A stretch of 59,223 nucleotides of DNA, filler included, from 8 parts of 8 records of this genome joined end to end with filler, not necessarily neighbours in it, one strand, 5' to 3'; counted from the first letter of the whole stretch, positions 9,071 to 18,179 are shown. A program made the numbers and translations. The notes: generated by a model not told the origin, from the sequence alone.

Positions 9071-10978
9071 ATGAGTCAATTTTACAATACAGTTATTTCA
9101 GTTTTGAAAAAAGATAAAAGATTTTTCACCGAAGACGGAGACTTATTAAGAAATACCGTTTATGAAGCTGCAATGAAATTTGATAAAGAGTTATTAAATT
9201 TGTTGATTTCAAATGAAACGACAAAAGAGCGTTTCTTTGAAGAAGTGAACGGAATAACTGTTTTTGATAAAGTGCAGTTTGGATGGGTTATAAATAATAG
9301 AAACTTCTTACCGGACTCATATACAAGATATAAGAACAAAATTGGATTAGTAAATGATAGGGGCGATTATATTTCTCAAAGCGGCGATGTTGAGCTTGTA
9401 TGGGCGTATAAAGATTGTGTGCTTGAAGGTGGGCAGACAAAGGAAGACCAGAAGAGAGATGAAATTTTCTATAATGAAACACTTGCTCCCGATGAAGTGG
9501 ATAGATTGCTTTATCCTAAAGTATTAACAAATGCAAAGAAATATACTGCCAATGGTGAAAATGTAGTAACAGAATTTACAAATGAGGATAATCTCATTGT
9601 TAAAGGGAACAATTTAATTGGACTTAGCACTATTACCGAACGTTTTTATGGACGTATTAAGTGCATTTTCATTGACCCACCTTATTATTTCGTTAACACG
9701 AAACCTTCTGATGCTTTTTCTTATAATTCTAATTTCAAACTATCTTCATGGTTAGTATTTATGAAAGACAGATTAAAAGCTGCTTATAAGCTATTAGCTG
9801 AAGATGGAGTTCTTTACTTGTTAATCTCAGATGAGGGTGCACACTATCTGAAAGTTATGACAGATGAAGTTTTTGGTATGAGTAATTTTATAGCTGATGT
9901 AACTTGGGAATCAAGAAAATCAATATCAAGTGATGGACTAATGTCTGAAAATAATAATCATATTTTAGTTTATGCAAAGAATATCAGTAAAATAAATAAG
10001 AATAATTTCAGACTAGCGCTTGATATTGAATCATTTGCCTATGATGATAATGATGGAAGAGGGAAATATCGACTTGAACCTTTTGATGCACCTGAAGTTA
10101 GAAAGAACTTATCATACGTTATAGAAAATCCTAACACTGGTGATAAGTATACTCCTCCACCAGGAAGGCATTGGAGAACGGAAGAGGCAACTTATCAAAA
10201 ATATTTGGGAGAAAATAGAATAAGATTTGGAGTAAGAGGTACGGCAAAACCACAATATAAAGCATATTATAGTGATGTCAAAGAAGCGGGAAAAGGCAAA
10301 GCAAGCAGTACAATATGGCATGATATAAAGCAGTCAATTATATGGCAAGAGGTAGATTCAAATACAAATGCTACAAAAGCACAGGTTGATTTATTTGGGG
10401 AGTCAGTATTCTCAAATCCTAAACCAGAAAATCTTATTATGCGTGCATTGGAATTATCTACTAATGAGGGGGATTGGGTTTTAGATTTTTTTATGGGGTC
10501 AGCAACAACACAGGCAGTTGCGTTAAAAATGAGACGTCATTTTATTGGGATTGAACAAATGAATTATTTACATAACGTATCATTACCACGATTAGTTAAA
10601 GTTATGCAGGGTGAGAAAACAGGTATTACCGAGGAAGTAAATTGGAAAGGTGGAGGCTCATTTGTTTATTGTGAGCTAAAGGAGTTAAACCAAAAATATA
10701 TTAATGATATACAATCTGCAGAGAATGATGATGAGTTACGTAGAATATGGAAAGATATTCAATCTACAGGCTTTATTAGTTCAAATGTTGATATAAAAGA
10801 AATAAATCCGAAAGCAAAAGAATTTCAAGAATTGTCTTTTGAAGAGATACAGAAGCTATTTATCGCTGTTCTTGATAAGAACATGGTATATGTCAATCTA
10901 TGCGATATTGATGATGAAGATTATCAAATATCAGAAGAGGATAAAGCGTTTAATAACAGCTTTTATGGGAGAAACTAA
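9071..10978 (+). CDS. mod: Type III restriction-modification methyltransferase subunit
   Basis: Catalytic 'IFIDPPY', SAM-binding 'VLDFFMGSATT', 'PKPENL', C-terminal 'WKGGGSFVYCEL'; directly upstream of a Res helicase/nuclease. Confidence 0.93.
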   Translation: MSQFYNTVISVLKKDKRFFTEDGDLLRNTVYEAAMKFDKELLNLLISNETTKERFFEEVNGITVFDKVQFGWVINNRNFLPDSYTRYKNKIGLVNDRGDYISQSGDVELVWAYKDCVLEGGQTKEDQKRDEIFYNETLAPDEVDRLLYPKVLTNAKKYTANGENVVTEFTNEDNLIVKGNNLIGLSTITERFYGRIKCIFIDPPYYFVNTKPSDAFSYNSNFKLSSWLVFMKDRLKAAYKLLAEDGVLYLLISDEGAHYLKVMTDEVFGMSNFIADVTWESRKSISSDGLMSENNNHILVYAKNISKINKNNFRLALDIESFAYDDNDGRGKYRLEPFDAPEVRKNLSYVIENPNTGDKYTPPPGRHWRTEEATYQKYLGENRIRFGVRGTAKPQYKAYYSDVKEAGKGKASSTIWHDIKQSIIWQEVDSNTNATKAQVDLFGESVFSNPKPENLIMRALELSTNEGDWVLDFFMGSATTQAVALKMRRHFIGIEQMNYLHNVSLPRLVKVMQGEKTGITEEVNWKGGGSFVYCELKELNQKYINDIQSAENDDELRRIWKDIQSTGFISSNVDIKEINPKAKEFQELSFEEIQKLFIAVLDKNMVYVNLCDIDDEDYQISEEDKAFNNSFYGRN

Positions 10979-10980
10979 GC

Positions 10981-13575
10981 ATGTTTTTATTTGAACAAAT
11001 TGAACAATCAAAAAAGTTTAATGCATATGCTCCTTTACCTGATTATATTGGTGAATGCATTAATCCGAATTTTCCATTAAGACAATATCAGATTGATGCT
11101 TTTAGAAACTTCATAACTTATTTTGAGAATGAAAATACTAGAAGATATCCTACGCAAACGCTTTTTCATATGGCGACAGGAAGCGGAAAAACTTTGATGA
11201 TGGCAGGCTTGATTATTTATCTGTTCAAACAAGGATATAGGAATTTTCTTTTCTTTGTTCACCTCGATAACATAATTCGAAAAACAAAAGATAATTTTAT
11301 AAACAGCTTATCAAGTAAGTATTTGTTTGCGGATGAAATTAGAATTGATGGTGAAGAAATACGGATAAATGAAGTAGACAATTTTGAAGGAGCAGATAGT
11401 GATTCTATTAATATCTGTTTTACTACAATTCAGGGCTTACATATTAGTTTAAATACTCCGAAAGAAAACAGCATTACAATTGAGGACTTTATTGATAAAG
11501 AAGTAGTGCTTATATCAGATGAAGCACATCATATCAATGTAGAAACAAAAAAAGGCAAACTAACAAAAGAAGAGGCTGAGGAAAAGAATAACTGGGAGTA
11601 TAGCGTAAATCGTATTTTTGGAGCTAATAAAAACAATGTAATGCTTGAGTTTACAGCAACATGCGATTTAGAAAATCCATACATAGAAGCAGAATACGAA
11701 AATAAAATTTTATTTGATTATCCACTTTCAAAATTTAGAGAAGATGGATATTCAAAAGAAGTGAAAACTTTACAATCTGATATCCCCTTGATGGACAGAG
11801 CATTGCAAGCAATAATATTAAGCCAATATAGACAAAAAGTTTTTCAAGATAATGGGCTAAATATTAAGCCGGTAGTTCTTTTTAAAGCTGCTAAAATAGA
11901 AGAAAGCAAAGACTTAATGCAAAGCTTTATTGATACAGTAAAAAGTTTAAACTCAGATACATTGTTAAGAGTAAAGAAACAAACTGATAATCCGGCTTTA
12001 ATATCTGCATTTCGTTATTTTGATAGAAGTGAAGTAACTTATGAAATATTATCGCAAGAATTAAAAGAGGAATTTTCAGAAGAAAAGTGCATATCTGTTA
12101 ATGATAAAAAAGAGGCTATAGATACTCAATTGATAGTTAATTCACTGGAAGATAAAAACAATCCTTTTAGAGCGGTGTTTCAAGTAAAAAAATTGGATGA
12201 AGGTTGGGATGTTCTTAATTTGTTTGATATTGTAAGATTATATGAAACAAGGGACGCGAAAAATGGAAAACCGGGAAAGAAGACAGTTGCGGAAGCTCAA
12301 TTAATAGGAAGAGGGGCGAGGTATTGTCCGTTTGTTATCGAAGAAGAGAAAGATAAGTTTATACGCAAATTCGATAATGATTTAGACAATCCATTGCGAA
12401 TTTGTGAGGAGCTTTATTATCATTGTCAATATGATTCAAAATATATAAGTGAGCTTACAATTGCATTGAAGGAAGTTGGAATTATAGCTGAAAATTCTAT
12501 TGAAAGAGAGTACGTTTTTAAACCTGAATTTAAGCAAGATGAATTTTATCAAAAAGGGCTTGTTTTCTATAATAATAAAAAAGTAAAAAGCAGAAATAAT
12601 ACATTTTCTTTACTAGAGAAAATTAGAGAAAAAGAGCATGAAGTTAAAATTTTTTCCGGTCGAACGATGACTGATACTATATTTGAAGATAGGCATTATG
12701 CAACAGATAGTATGACATATCACAAGAAAGTTACAATTTTTCAAATTGCAGATATGAATTATAATATAGTTCATAAAGCACTTCGGAAGTTTCCAATTTT
12801 CAAGTTTAATACTTTAAAAAGTTATTTTCCGAACTTGAAATCAATCAGAGAGTTTATAAAGTCAAAAGAATATATAGGAAATACAAAGATTGATATAGAA
12901 AGCAATTTAGAAGAGCCTAGTATGAATATATATTATGATGCTTGCGTGAAAGTTGCAGGAATAATGGCGGATTCAATATCAGATATTGAAATCACATATG
13001 AAGGAACAAAGGAATTTGCATGCGATTATTTCCATAGAATATTTAAGGATAATCAAAAAGTAAATTATACTAATCCTAGCGGTGATAAAGCAGGAATCCC
13101 ACAGTCAGATTTGACAGTATCACCAGAGCTTAGATTGGATTTATCAAAAGAGGACTGGTATGTATTTAATGATAACTATGGAACATCTGAAGAAAAAGCT
13201 TTTGTAAAATATTTTCATACTCATGTCGAAGAGCTTAAAAAGAGTTATGATAAAGTTTATCTGGTGAGGAATGAGCGCAAATTAAAGATATACTCTTTTG
13301 TGGATGGTCAAAGATTTGAACCGGATTATTTGCTATTCTTGCATAACAAGAAATCAGATGGGTATAAGCAAATGCAAATATTTATAGAACCAAAAGGTGC
13401 TCATCTAATTAAAGATGAAATTTGGAAAGAAAATCTAATGTTAGAGTTGAAAGATAACGCAATACCAGTTACGAAGTTCGTAGATGATAATGAATACAAA
13501 ATTTGGGGCTTTCCGTTCTATAATAGGCAAGAGAGAAGTAATGAGTTTTCAGAGGCTATGGATAAGATAAAATAG
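10981..13575 (+). CDS. res: Type III restriction endonuclease subunit (SF2 helicase + PD-(D/E)xK nuclease)
   Basis: 'MATGSGKT', 'ISDEAHH', 'FTAT', 'LDEGWDV', 'QLIGRGAR', C-terminal 'FEPDY...IFIEPKG'. Confidence 0.93.
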   Translation: MFLFEQIEQSKKFNAYAPLPDYIGECINPNFPLRQYQIDAFRNFITYFENENTRRYPTQTLFHMATGSGKTLMMAGLIIYLFKQGYRNFLFFVHLDNIIRKTKDNFINSLSSKYLFADEIRIDGEEIRINEVDNFEGADSDSINICFTTIQGLHISLNTPKENSITIEDFIDKEVVLISDEAHHINVETKKGKLTKEEAEEKNNWEYSVNRIFGANKNNVMLEFTATCDLENPYIEAEYENKILFDYPLSKFREDGYSKEVKTLQSDIPLMDRALQAIILSQYRQKVFQDNGLNIKPVVLFKAAKIEESKDLMQSFIDTVKSLNSDTLLRVKKQTDNPALISAFRYFDRSEVTYEILSQELKEEFSEEKCISVNDKKEAIDTQLIVNSLEDKNNPFRAVFQVKKLDEGWDVLNLFDIVRLYETRDAKNGKPGKKTVAEAQLIGRGARYCPFVIEEEKDKFIRKFDNDLDNPLRICEELYYHCQYDSKYISELTIALKEVGIIAENSIEREYVFKPEFKQDEFYQKGLVFYNNKKVKSRNNTFSLLEKIREKEHEVKIFSGRTMTDTIFEDRHYATDSMTYHKKVTIFQIADMNYNIVHKALRKFPIFKFNTLKSYFPNLKSIREFIKSKEYIGNTKIDIESNLEEPSMNIYYDACVKVAGIMADSISDIEITYEGTKEFACDYFHRIFKDNQKVNYTNPSGDKAGIPQSDLTVSPELRLDLSKEDWYVFNDNYGTSEEKAFVKYFHTHVEELKKSYDKVYLVRNERKLKIYSFVDGQRFEPDYLLFLHNKKSDGYKQMQIFIEPKGAHLIKDEIWKENLMLELKDNAIPVTKFVDDNEYKIWGFPFYNRQERSNEFSEAMDKIK

Positions 13576-13621
13576 GAAAATACAAATTTTTTTGTATCTG
13601 AAAACAGATATATAAATTTTA

Positions 13622-13778
13622 TCTATGGATTATAATAATCCGTTTTCTTAAATGTCTTAAAATAGAATATCCTTCTTTTTATGGACTGTAATAATACATT
13701 TTTTTATAGTGTACGAAAATAAAACACACACCTCTTTTTATAGACTCCAATTATCCCTTTTTAGGTGTGTAAAATTTC
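13622..13778. repeat. Three degenerate ~56-59 bp tandem repeats
   Basis: Units begin TATGGATTATAATAATCCGTTTT (13624), TATGGACTGTAATAATACATTTT (13680) and TATAGACTCCAATTATCCCTTTT (13739). Confidence 0.55.
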
Positions 13779-13886
13779 TAATAATGTCATATTGATAAAT
13801 AGTATAAAGCTTCAAATAAGCAAAAAAGCATAAGTAATTACTTACACTTTTATATTGATTAGTTAGTTGAGGTATGTTTTATTATG

Positions 13887-14189
13887 TTAGGCTTCTTGTT
13901 TATTTTCTCTGTGTAGTCTGGCGGTTTTTAGGTTTTGAGCAAGCTCTTTTTTTCTCTCTTCTGATAATACTCTTGGAGGGTTAATCTTAATCCATAGTTT
14001 TGGTACAGTACATGTTAATGCATCATCACGATAACCCTTTATAGGATAGCACTTTGAAGGGTATTTTTGGTTAATCTCTGCAAGTCTTCTTTTTAGTCTT
14101 CTATCATATGTGTAAATTTCTGCTGTTTGTTCCTCATTGTTATAGTTGATTGTGGTTTCCTGTTCGTACTTTGAATATTGCATTTGCAT
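13887..14189 (-). CDS. Conserved hypothetical protein of Firmicute mobile elements
   Basis: 100 aa, AGGAG RBS, 'EQETTINYN...AEIYTYD...VPKLWIKINPPR...SEE' pattern. Confidence 0.7.
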   Translation of the reverse strand: MQMQYSKYEQETTINYNNEEQTAEIYTYDRRLKRRLAEINQKYPSKCYPIKGYRDDALTCTVPKLWIKINPPRVLSEERKKELAQNLKTARLHRENKQEA

Positions 14190-14271
14190 ACTCCTTTTCT
14201 AGGTTCGTTTTCAGTGGTTCAGCTGCGTAATTTATTTTTTCTAGTGTTCAAGTATCGACATCATTTGTATT

Positions 14272-14381
14272 AATCTTGTCTATTTACAGACAAGTTACAC
14301 GATTTATATTCTCAATCTTGTCTATTTAGCGACAACCAGTGCAGATTGTACTTGCTTTATCTAGTCGCTAGTTAGACAGAT
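14272..14381. repeat. Iteron/hairpin cluster (candidate origin)
   Basis: AATCTTGTCTATTTA at 14272-14286 and 14314-14328; hairpin CTTGTCT-N6-AGACAAG (14275-14294); related GTCGCTAGTTAGAC. Confidence 0.55.
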
Positions 14382-14411
14382 ATACTATATATAGCCATGA
14401 GTAGCTTTTTA

Positions 14412-14753
14412 TTAATCGTATTTCCATTTAGAAGAGAAGCGATAAACATTTGGTTTCTTACGGTGCTTATTATTCTCTATCTCTTCAATAAAGCCTAATT
14501 CAATTAATTGCTTTTTAGCAGAATCAAAACCTCCAGCAGAGATAAAACCGATATATTTTGACCTAGGGAAGATAAACTCAATTTTACCAGCACTTTCTAA
14601 TTTCATATAACAGTAAACTTTAAAAGCGGATGGTTTTAGTTTTCTCATTTGGCTATGTGCCATTTGTGAAGCACCCATTTGAATGAAACGTTTTTCGACT
14701 ACATCCTCTTTACAGGATGCATAGTCTGGAAATGTGTATTTCTTCTTAGCCAT
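14412..14753 (-). CDS. Winged-helix DNA-binding protein (replication-initiator-like)
   Basis: 113 aa; 'LKPSAFKVYCYM...AKKQLIELGFIE...PNVYRFS' wHTH pattern; translationally coupled to the Xis-like gene. Confidence 0.6.
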   Translation of the reverse strand: MAKKKYTFPDYASCKEDVVEKRFIQMGASQMAHSQMRKLKPSAFKVYCYMKLESAGKIEFIFPRSKYIGFISAGGFDSAKKQLIELGFIEEIENNKHRKKPNVYRFSSKWKYD

Positions 14754-14980
14754 TATTCAGATATGGGATAGACCCCATTAATACTATTTGAAGTATTAAA
14801 CATGAGGTTTTGTTTTTCTTGATTATCCATCCATTCATCAAGCGACTTAATCCTAAATAAGTACACACCTCCAGCGAATATATGAGGAAGCTGTTTTTCC
14901 CTGCATAGTTTTCTTACTGAATATTCTGATAAGCCTAAATACTCTGCTGCTTGTTTAATTTTCACTGTTGTCAATATCAA
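14753..14980 (-). CDS. Excisionase-like HTH protein (HTH_17)
   Basis: 'IKQAAEYLGLSEYSVRKLCREKQLPH...YLFRIKSLDEWM'. Confidence 0.85.
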   Translation of the reverse strand: MILTTVKIKQAAEYLGLSEYSVRKLCREKQLPHIFAGGVYLFRIKSLDEWMDNQEKQNLMFNTSNSINGVYPISE

Positions 14981-15153
14981 TCACCTCTTCTTAATGATTC
15001 AATGGCTTCTAAAGCTTTGTATTTGTCGCTGTCGCTTAATTCCTTTCGTAGCTTCTTGCATAGTGTTGATTCTGATATTTTAAGCTTATCGGCTAACTGC
15101 CAATGCTTAATGCCGTACTCTTTTAATAGTTCTCTGATTTGGGTGTTTTGCAT
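14977..15153 (-). CDS. Small Cro/XRE-like HTH protein (58 aa, absent from the ORF track)
   Basis: Manual translation MQNTQIRELLKEYGIKHWQLADKLKISESTLCKKLRKELSDSDKYKALEAIESLRRGD; AAGGAG RBS; TTGA overlap with the Xis-like start. Confidence 0.8.
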   Translation of the reverse strand: MQNTQIRELLKEYGIKHWQLADKLKISESTLCKKLRKELSDSDKYKALEAIESLRRGD

Positions 15154-15342
15154 TTTATACTCCTTTTGTTATTGACATTAACGTTAACAAATGATAAAGT
15201 GTTATTGTAATTGTTATCATTATAGACATTATATTATTAAATGTTAAAGCAAACAAGAGTGTTTTAATAATATTGATAACGTTAACTATATCCAATATAG
15301 TATATAAAATGTTAACAAGAAAGCGTGTAAGTGATTTAGTAT

Positions 15343-16377
15343 ATGTATGTACTTTTACAGATTTTTGAATATAATGAACCAGTAGTATTGATAAATGGTA
15401 TAAACGAAAAATTGTTTTTCTATCCAGAATTAGGATACGATATGCTTGATTTTATTGAACTTGAAATAACGGAATACGGAATTAAAAAAAACTATACAAG
15501 TAACTATTACTTAAGCAAAGACAAAAATAAACATATATTTGAAGCAGTCGATGATTCTAAAGAGGCAGTTAAGTATAGCGCAAATTATGATACAATTCAT
15601 CCGTATTTTAGCTTTGATTTGTATGATTCTAGATATGATAAATTTAATGATTTGAATGACAATAAAATATGTGATTTTATAAGCGGGAAAAGTGTTGTTC
15701 TAGCGCATAGATTGCTTTCACAGTTTTTTGAAATATGTGATAATAGGGAAGTAACATATAAATTGTTTCAAAAATTTATCAACGGAAGAATTCTTATCCC
15801 AAAGTTTTCTGTAGGCTATATGCCTGTTTTCGAAGAATATGCAATAGCTGAGTTTGCATTTAATTATAATGATTCACTTGCTATAAAAACGGAACAGATT
15901 ACTAATGAAACAGATACTTCCAGTGATGTAGTTATCTATTATTGTAATAATTTAGTTGATTTAGTATTCTCTTATACATATTACTTGTTACAGAAAGGAT
16001 ACACTTTCAAAAAGTGTAAGAACTGTGGTAAATGGTTTGTTCCTTTACATAGGTCAGATACTTTGTATTGTGATAGATTTGCACCACAAGACAAAAATAA
16101 GACTTGTAAGCAATATGGAACAGAAAAGGCATACTCAAACACATTAAAGAAAGATGAAGCTAAGAGATTATATCGAAAAATATATCAAAGGAAATCAATG
16201 CTAGTCACACGCAACCCAGACATTGAAAAGTATTTACATGATTTTAATGAGTTTAAAAAAGCATCAAAAAGATATAAATCTGATATAAAAGAAGGAAAAG
16301 CAAGCAATGAAGTATATTTGAATTGGTTAAAAAAGCATGATATATCAAGAATATCAAAGGAGGATAAGAATGGGTAA
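15343..16377 (+). CDS. DUF6076-like protein with Zn-finger motif
   Basis: 'KKCKNCGKWF...YCDR...KTCKQYG' Cys motif and basic helical C-terminus; overlaps the integrase start. Confidence 0.7.
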   Translation: MYVLLQIFEYNEPVVLINGINEKLFFYPELGYDMLDFIELEITEYGIKKNYTSNYYLSKDKNKHIFEAVDDSKEAVKYSANYDTIHPYFSFDLYDSRYDKFNDLNDNKICDFISGKSVVLAHRLLSQFFEICDNREVTYKLFQKFINGRILIPKFSVGYMPVFEEYAIAEFAFNYNDSLAIKTEQITNETDTSSDVVIYYCNNLVDLVFSYTYYLLQKGYTFKKCKNCGKWFVPLHRSDTLYCDRFAPQDKNKTCKQYGTEKAYSNTLKKDEAKRLYRKIYQRKSMLVTRNPDIEKYLHDFNEFKKASKRYKSDIKEGKASNEVYLNWLKKHDISRISKEDKNG

Positions 16378-17584
16378 AGGTACAATTGAGCGTATTTCAC
16401 AAGATACTTTTAGGCTAACAATTTCTGATGGATATGACCAATACGGAAAGAGAATAAGACATAGAAAAACTGTAAAAGTCGAAGGTGCAACTGATAAAAC
16501 TCAAAGAAAAAATGCTAATGTGCAGCTTGCAAAGTTTGAGGAAGAAATTAGAAAAGGTATTAATATTGAAGGCTCAAAAATGACCTTTGCTGAATTTATA
16601 AAGTACTGGCAGGATGAATATGCTAATAAGCAGTTAGCACCAAAAACACAGCAATGGTATAACTACATGTTAGAATCAAGAATAATACCTGCATTAGGGC
16701 ATATTAAGCTTATTAATCTTAAACCTATGCATATAATGAAGTTCTATAACATGTTGACAAATGCTAACCTTGAAGGTAATGATTTTAATAAGAGGTTTTA
16801 CAAAAATAACAGTAAACCTTTATCCTCAAAAACTATTCACCATTATCACGAAGTAATATCCTCTGTGCTTACAAAGGCGGTTAAATGGCAGTTTATTGAG
16901 AACAACCCAGCAAGAAGAGTTGAAGCTCCTAAAATAGAATATAAAGAAGCTAAGCACTATGATTTAGAACAATCAAGGCAGTTATTAGAAAAGCTTGAAA
17001 GTGAACCTTTGAAATATAAAGTGATAATTTATTTAGCTTTATTGTGTGAAATGCGAAGAGGTGAAATTGTAGGTTTAGAATGGCATGATATAGATTTTGA
17101 AAGTAAAACATTAAGAATTGAGAGAACTGTTCAATATGTAACTGGTAAAGGTATTATTGCTAAAGAACCTAAAACTAAGAAAAGCAGAAGAACAATATCA
17201 GTGCCTAGTTCAATTATCAGAATGTTAAAAGAACATTATAAAAACCAATTACAAGAAAAACTCAAATGGGGTAGTTTATGGACTGATACAGAAAGAGTAT
17301 TTACTGCAAATGATGGTGGACAGATGCACCCAGATACGCCTTCTAAATGGTTCTCAAAGCTGTTAAAATGCAATGACATGCCTTATATTACATTCCATGA
17401 ACTAAGACATACAGGAGCAACTTTGATGATTGCACAGGGTGCTGATATAAAAACAGTAAGTTCAAGATTAGGACACAGCAGAACAAGTACAACACTTGAT
17501 ATATACTCTCATGCACTTAAAGCAAAGGATAGGGAAGCAGCTGATGAAATGGAAGAATTGCTGCTAAAAAACAGTGATTTTTAA
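16370..17584 (+). CDS. int: Tyrosine recombinase / integrase (ICEBs1/Tn916-type)
   Basis: Catalytic 'MRRGE', 'PKT', 'HELRH', 'LGHS', 'IYSH'; ATG 16370 has an AGGAGG RBS. Confidence 0.95.
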   Translation: MGKGTIERISQDTFRLTISDGYDQYGKRIRHRKTVKVEGATDKTQRKNANVQLAKFEEEIRKGINIEGSKMTFAEFIKYWQDEYANKQLAPKTQQWYNYMLESRIIPALGHIKLINLKPMHIMKFYNMLTNANLEGNDFNKRFYKNNSKPLSSKTIHHYHEVISSVLTKAVKWQFIENNPARRVEAPKIEYKEAKHYDLEQSRQLLEKLESEPLKYKVIIYLALLCEMRRGEIVGLEWHDIDFESKTLRIERTVQYVTGKGIIAKEPKTKKSRRTISVPSSIIRMLKEHYKNQLQEKLKWGSLWTDTERVFTANDGGQMHPDTPSKWFSKLLKCNDMPYITFHELRHTGATLMIAQGADIKTVSSRLGHSRTSTTLDIYSHALKAKDREAADEMEELLLKNSDF

Positions 17585-17588
17585 GGCA

Positions 17589-17610
17589 TTGACCCAGAAT
17601 TGACCCAGAA
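17589..17610 (+). repeat. Tandem TTGACCCAGAA x2, candidate integrase arm-binding sites
   Basis: Same motif occurs at the other element end: TGACCCAGAA 8736-8745 and inverted TGGGTCA 8717-8723. Confidence 0.7.
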
Positions 17611-17700
17611 TTAGCGTATTTTCAATTTTAATTTATTCAATAAAAATCTAACAGAATCACAAAAACCCTACTAAACAGTACATTTAGAGGGGTTTCTTTT

Positions 17701-17729
17701 TGGCGTACCTGGAGGGATTCGAACCCCCG
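17701..17729 (-). tRNA. tRNA-Arg 3' end (partial; rest beyond contig end)
   Basis: Minus strand CGGGGGTTCGAATCCCTCCAGGTACGCCA: T loop, acceptor stem and encoded CCA. Anticodon ACG inferred from the duplicated att copy. Confidence 0.85.
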
Positions 17730-17829
17730 NNNNNNNNNNNNNNNNNNNNNNNNNNNNNNNNNNNNNNNNNNNNTTAATTAATTAANNNNNNNNNNNNNNN
17801 NNNNNNNNNNNNNNNNNNNNNNNNNNNNN

Positions 17830-17865
17830 ACCATACCCCGTCCGCTTGCGGCGTGGGTTATTGAT
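17830..17865 (-). mobile_element. IS200/IS605-family element end (hairpin), truncated by contig end
   Basis: Minus strand ATCAATAACCCACGCCGCAAGCGGACGGGGTATG resembles the 'TCAAyAACCC...' GC-rich hairpin ends of IS200/IS605 elements. Confidence 0.6.
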
Positions 17866-17958
17866 TTCATTATTATTTGGACTATAAAACTTAATCATAT
17901 CATCTTTAGTAAAATTATTCTTAAATCTTGTATATACTGTTTCATGAATTGCTGCCAT
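17866..17958 (-). pseudogene. Tn3-family transposase N-terminal stub
   Basis: Manual translation MAAIHETVYTRFKNNFTKDDMIKFYSPNNNE resembles the 'MTAIHETAYPRL...YTP' starts of Tn3-family TnpA; AGGAG RBS; runs directly into the IS end. Confidence 0.6.
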
Positions 17959-18027
17959 AAACTCACTCCTTTATTTATTAAATTTATATATAAATATCGG
18001 AGAAATTATGATATATTTAAAGAAAAG

Positions 18028-18165
18028 AATGTACCGAAAACTAATGTTTTTAATACATAGTCTAACATAGGGAAAATATAGTAAAATCATCATAATTTTA
18101 TGTGTCAAAATAGTACCACGATGCACAGTGTTCCTTTTTTTAGTTTAGATAGTTTTCGGAACATT
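18028..18165. repeat. 16-bp inverted repeat pair enclosing 138 bp
   Basis: AATGTACCGAAAACTA (18028-18043) / TAGTTTTCGGAACATT (18150-18165), 15 of 16 complementary. Confidence 0.7.
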
Positions 18166-18179
18166 ACAGGAGGAATTAC

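Larger units (their letters stand above)
8589..17729. mobile_element. Integrative element / genomic islet inserted in tRNA-Arg(ACG)
   Basis: Both contig ends carry tRNA 3'-half sequence (shared ATTCGAACCCCCG at 8589-8601 and 17717-17729); contains a tyrosine integrase, Xis-like HTH and type III RM cargo. Confidence 0.9.

Noticed and set aside
13622-13778. CRISPR array
   Set aside because: Units are similar along most of their length, with no identical repeats or unique spacers, and no cas genes occur anywhere in the window.
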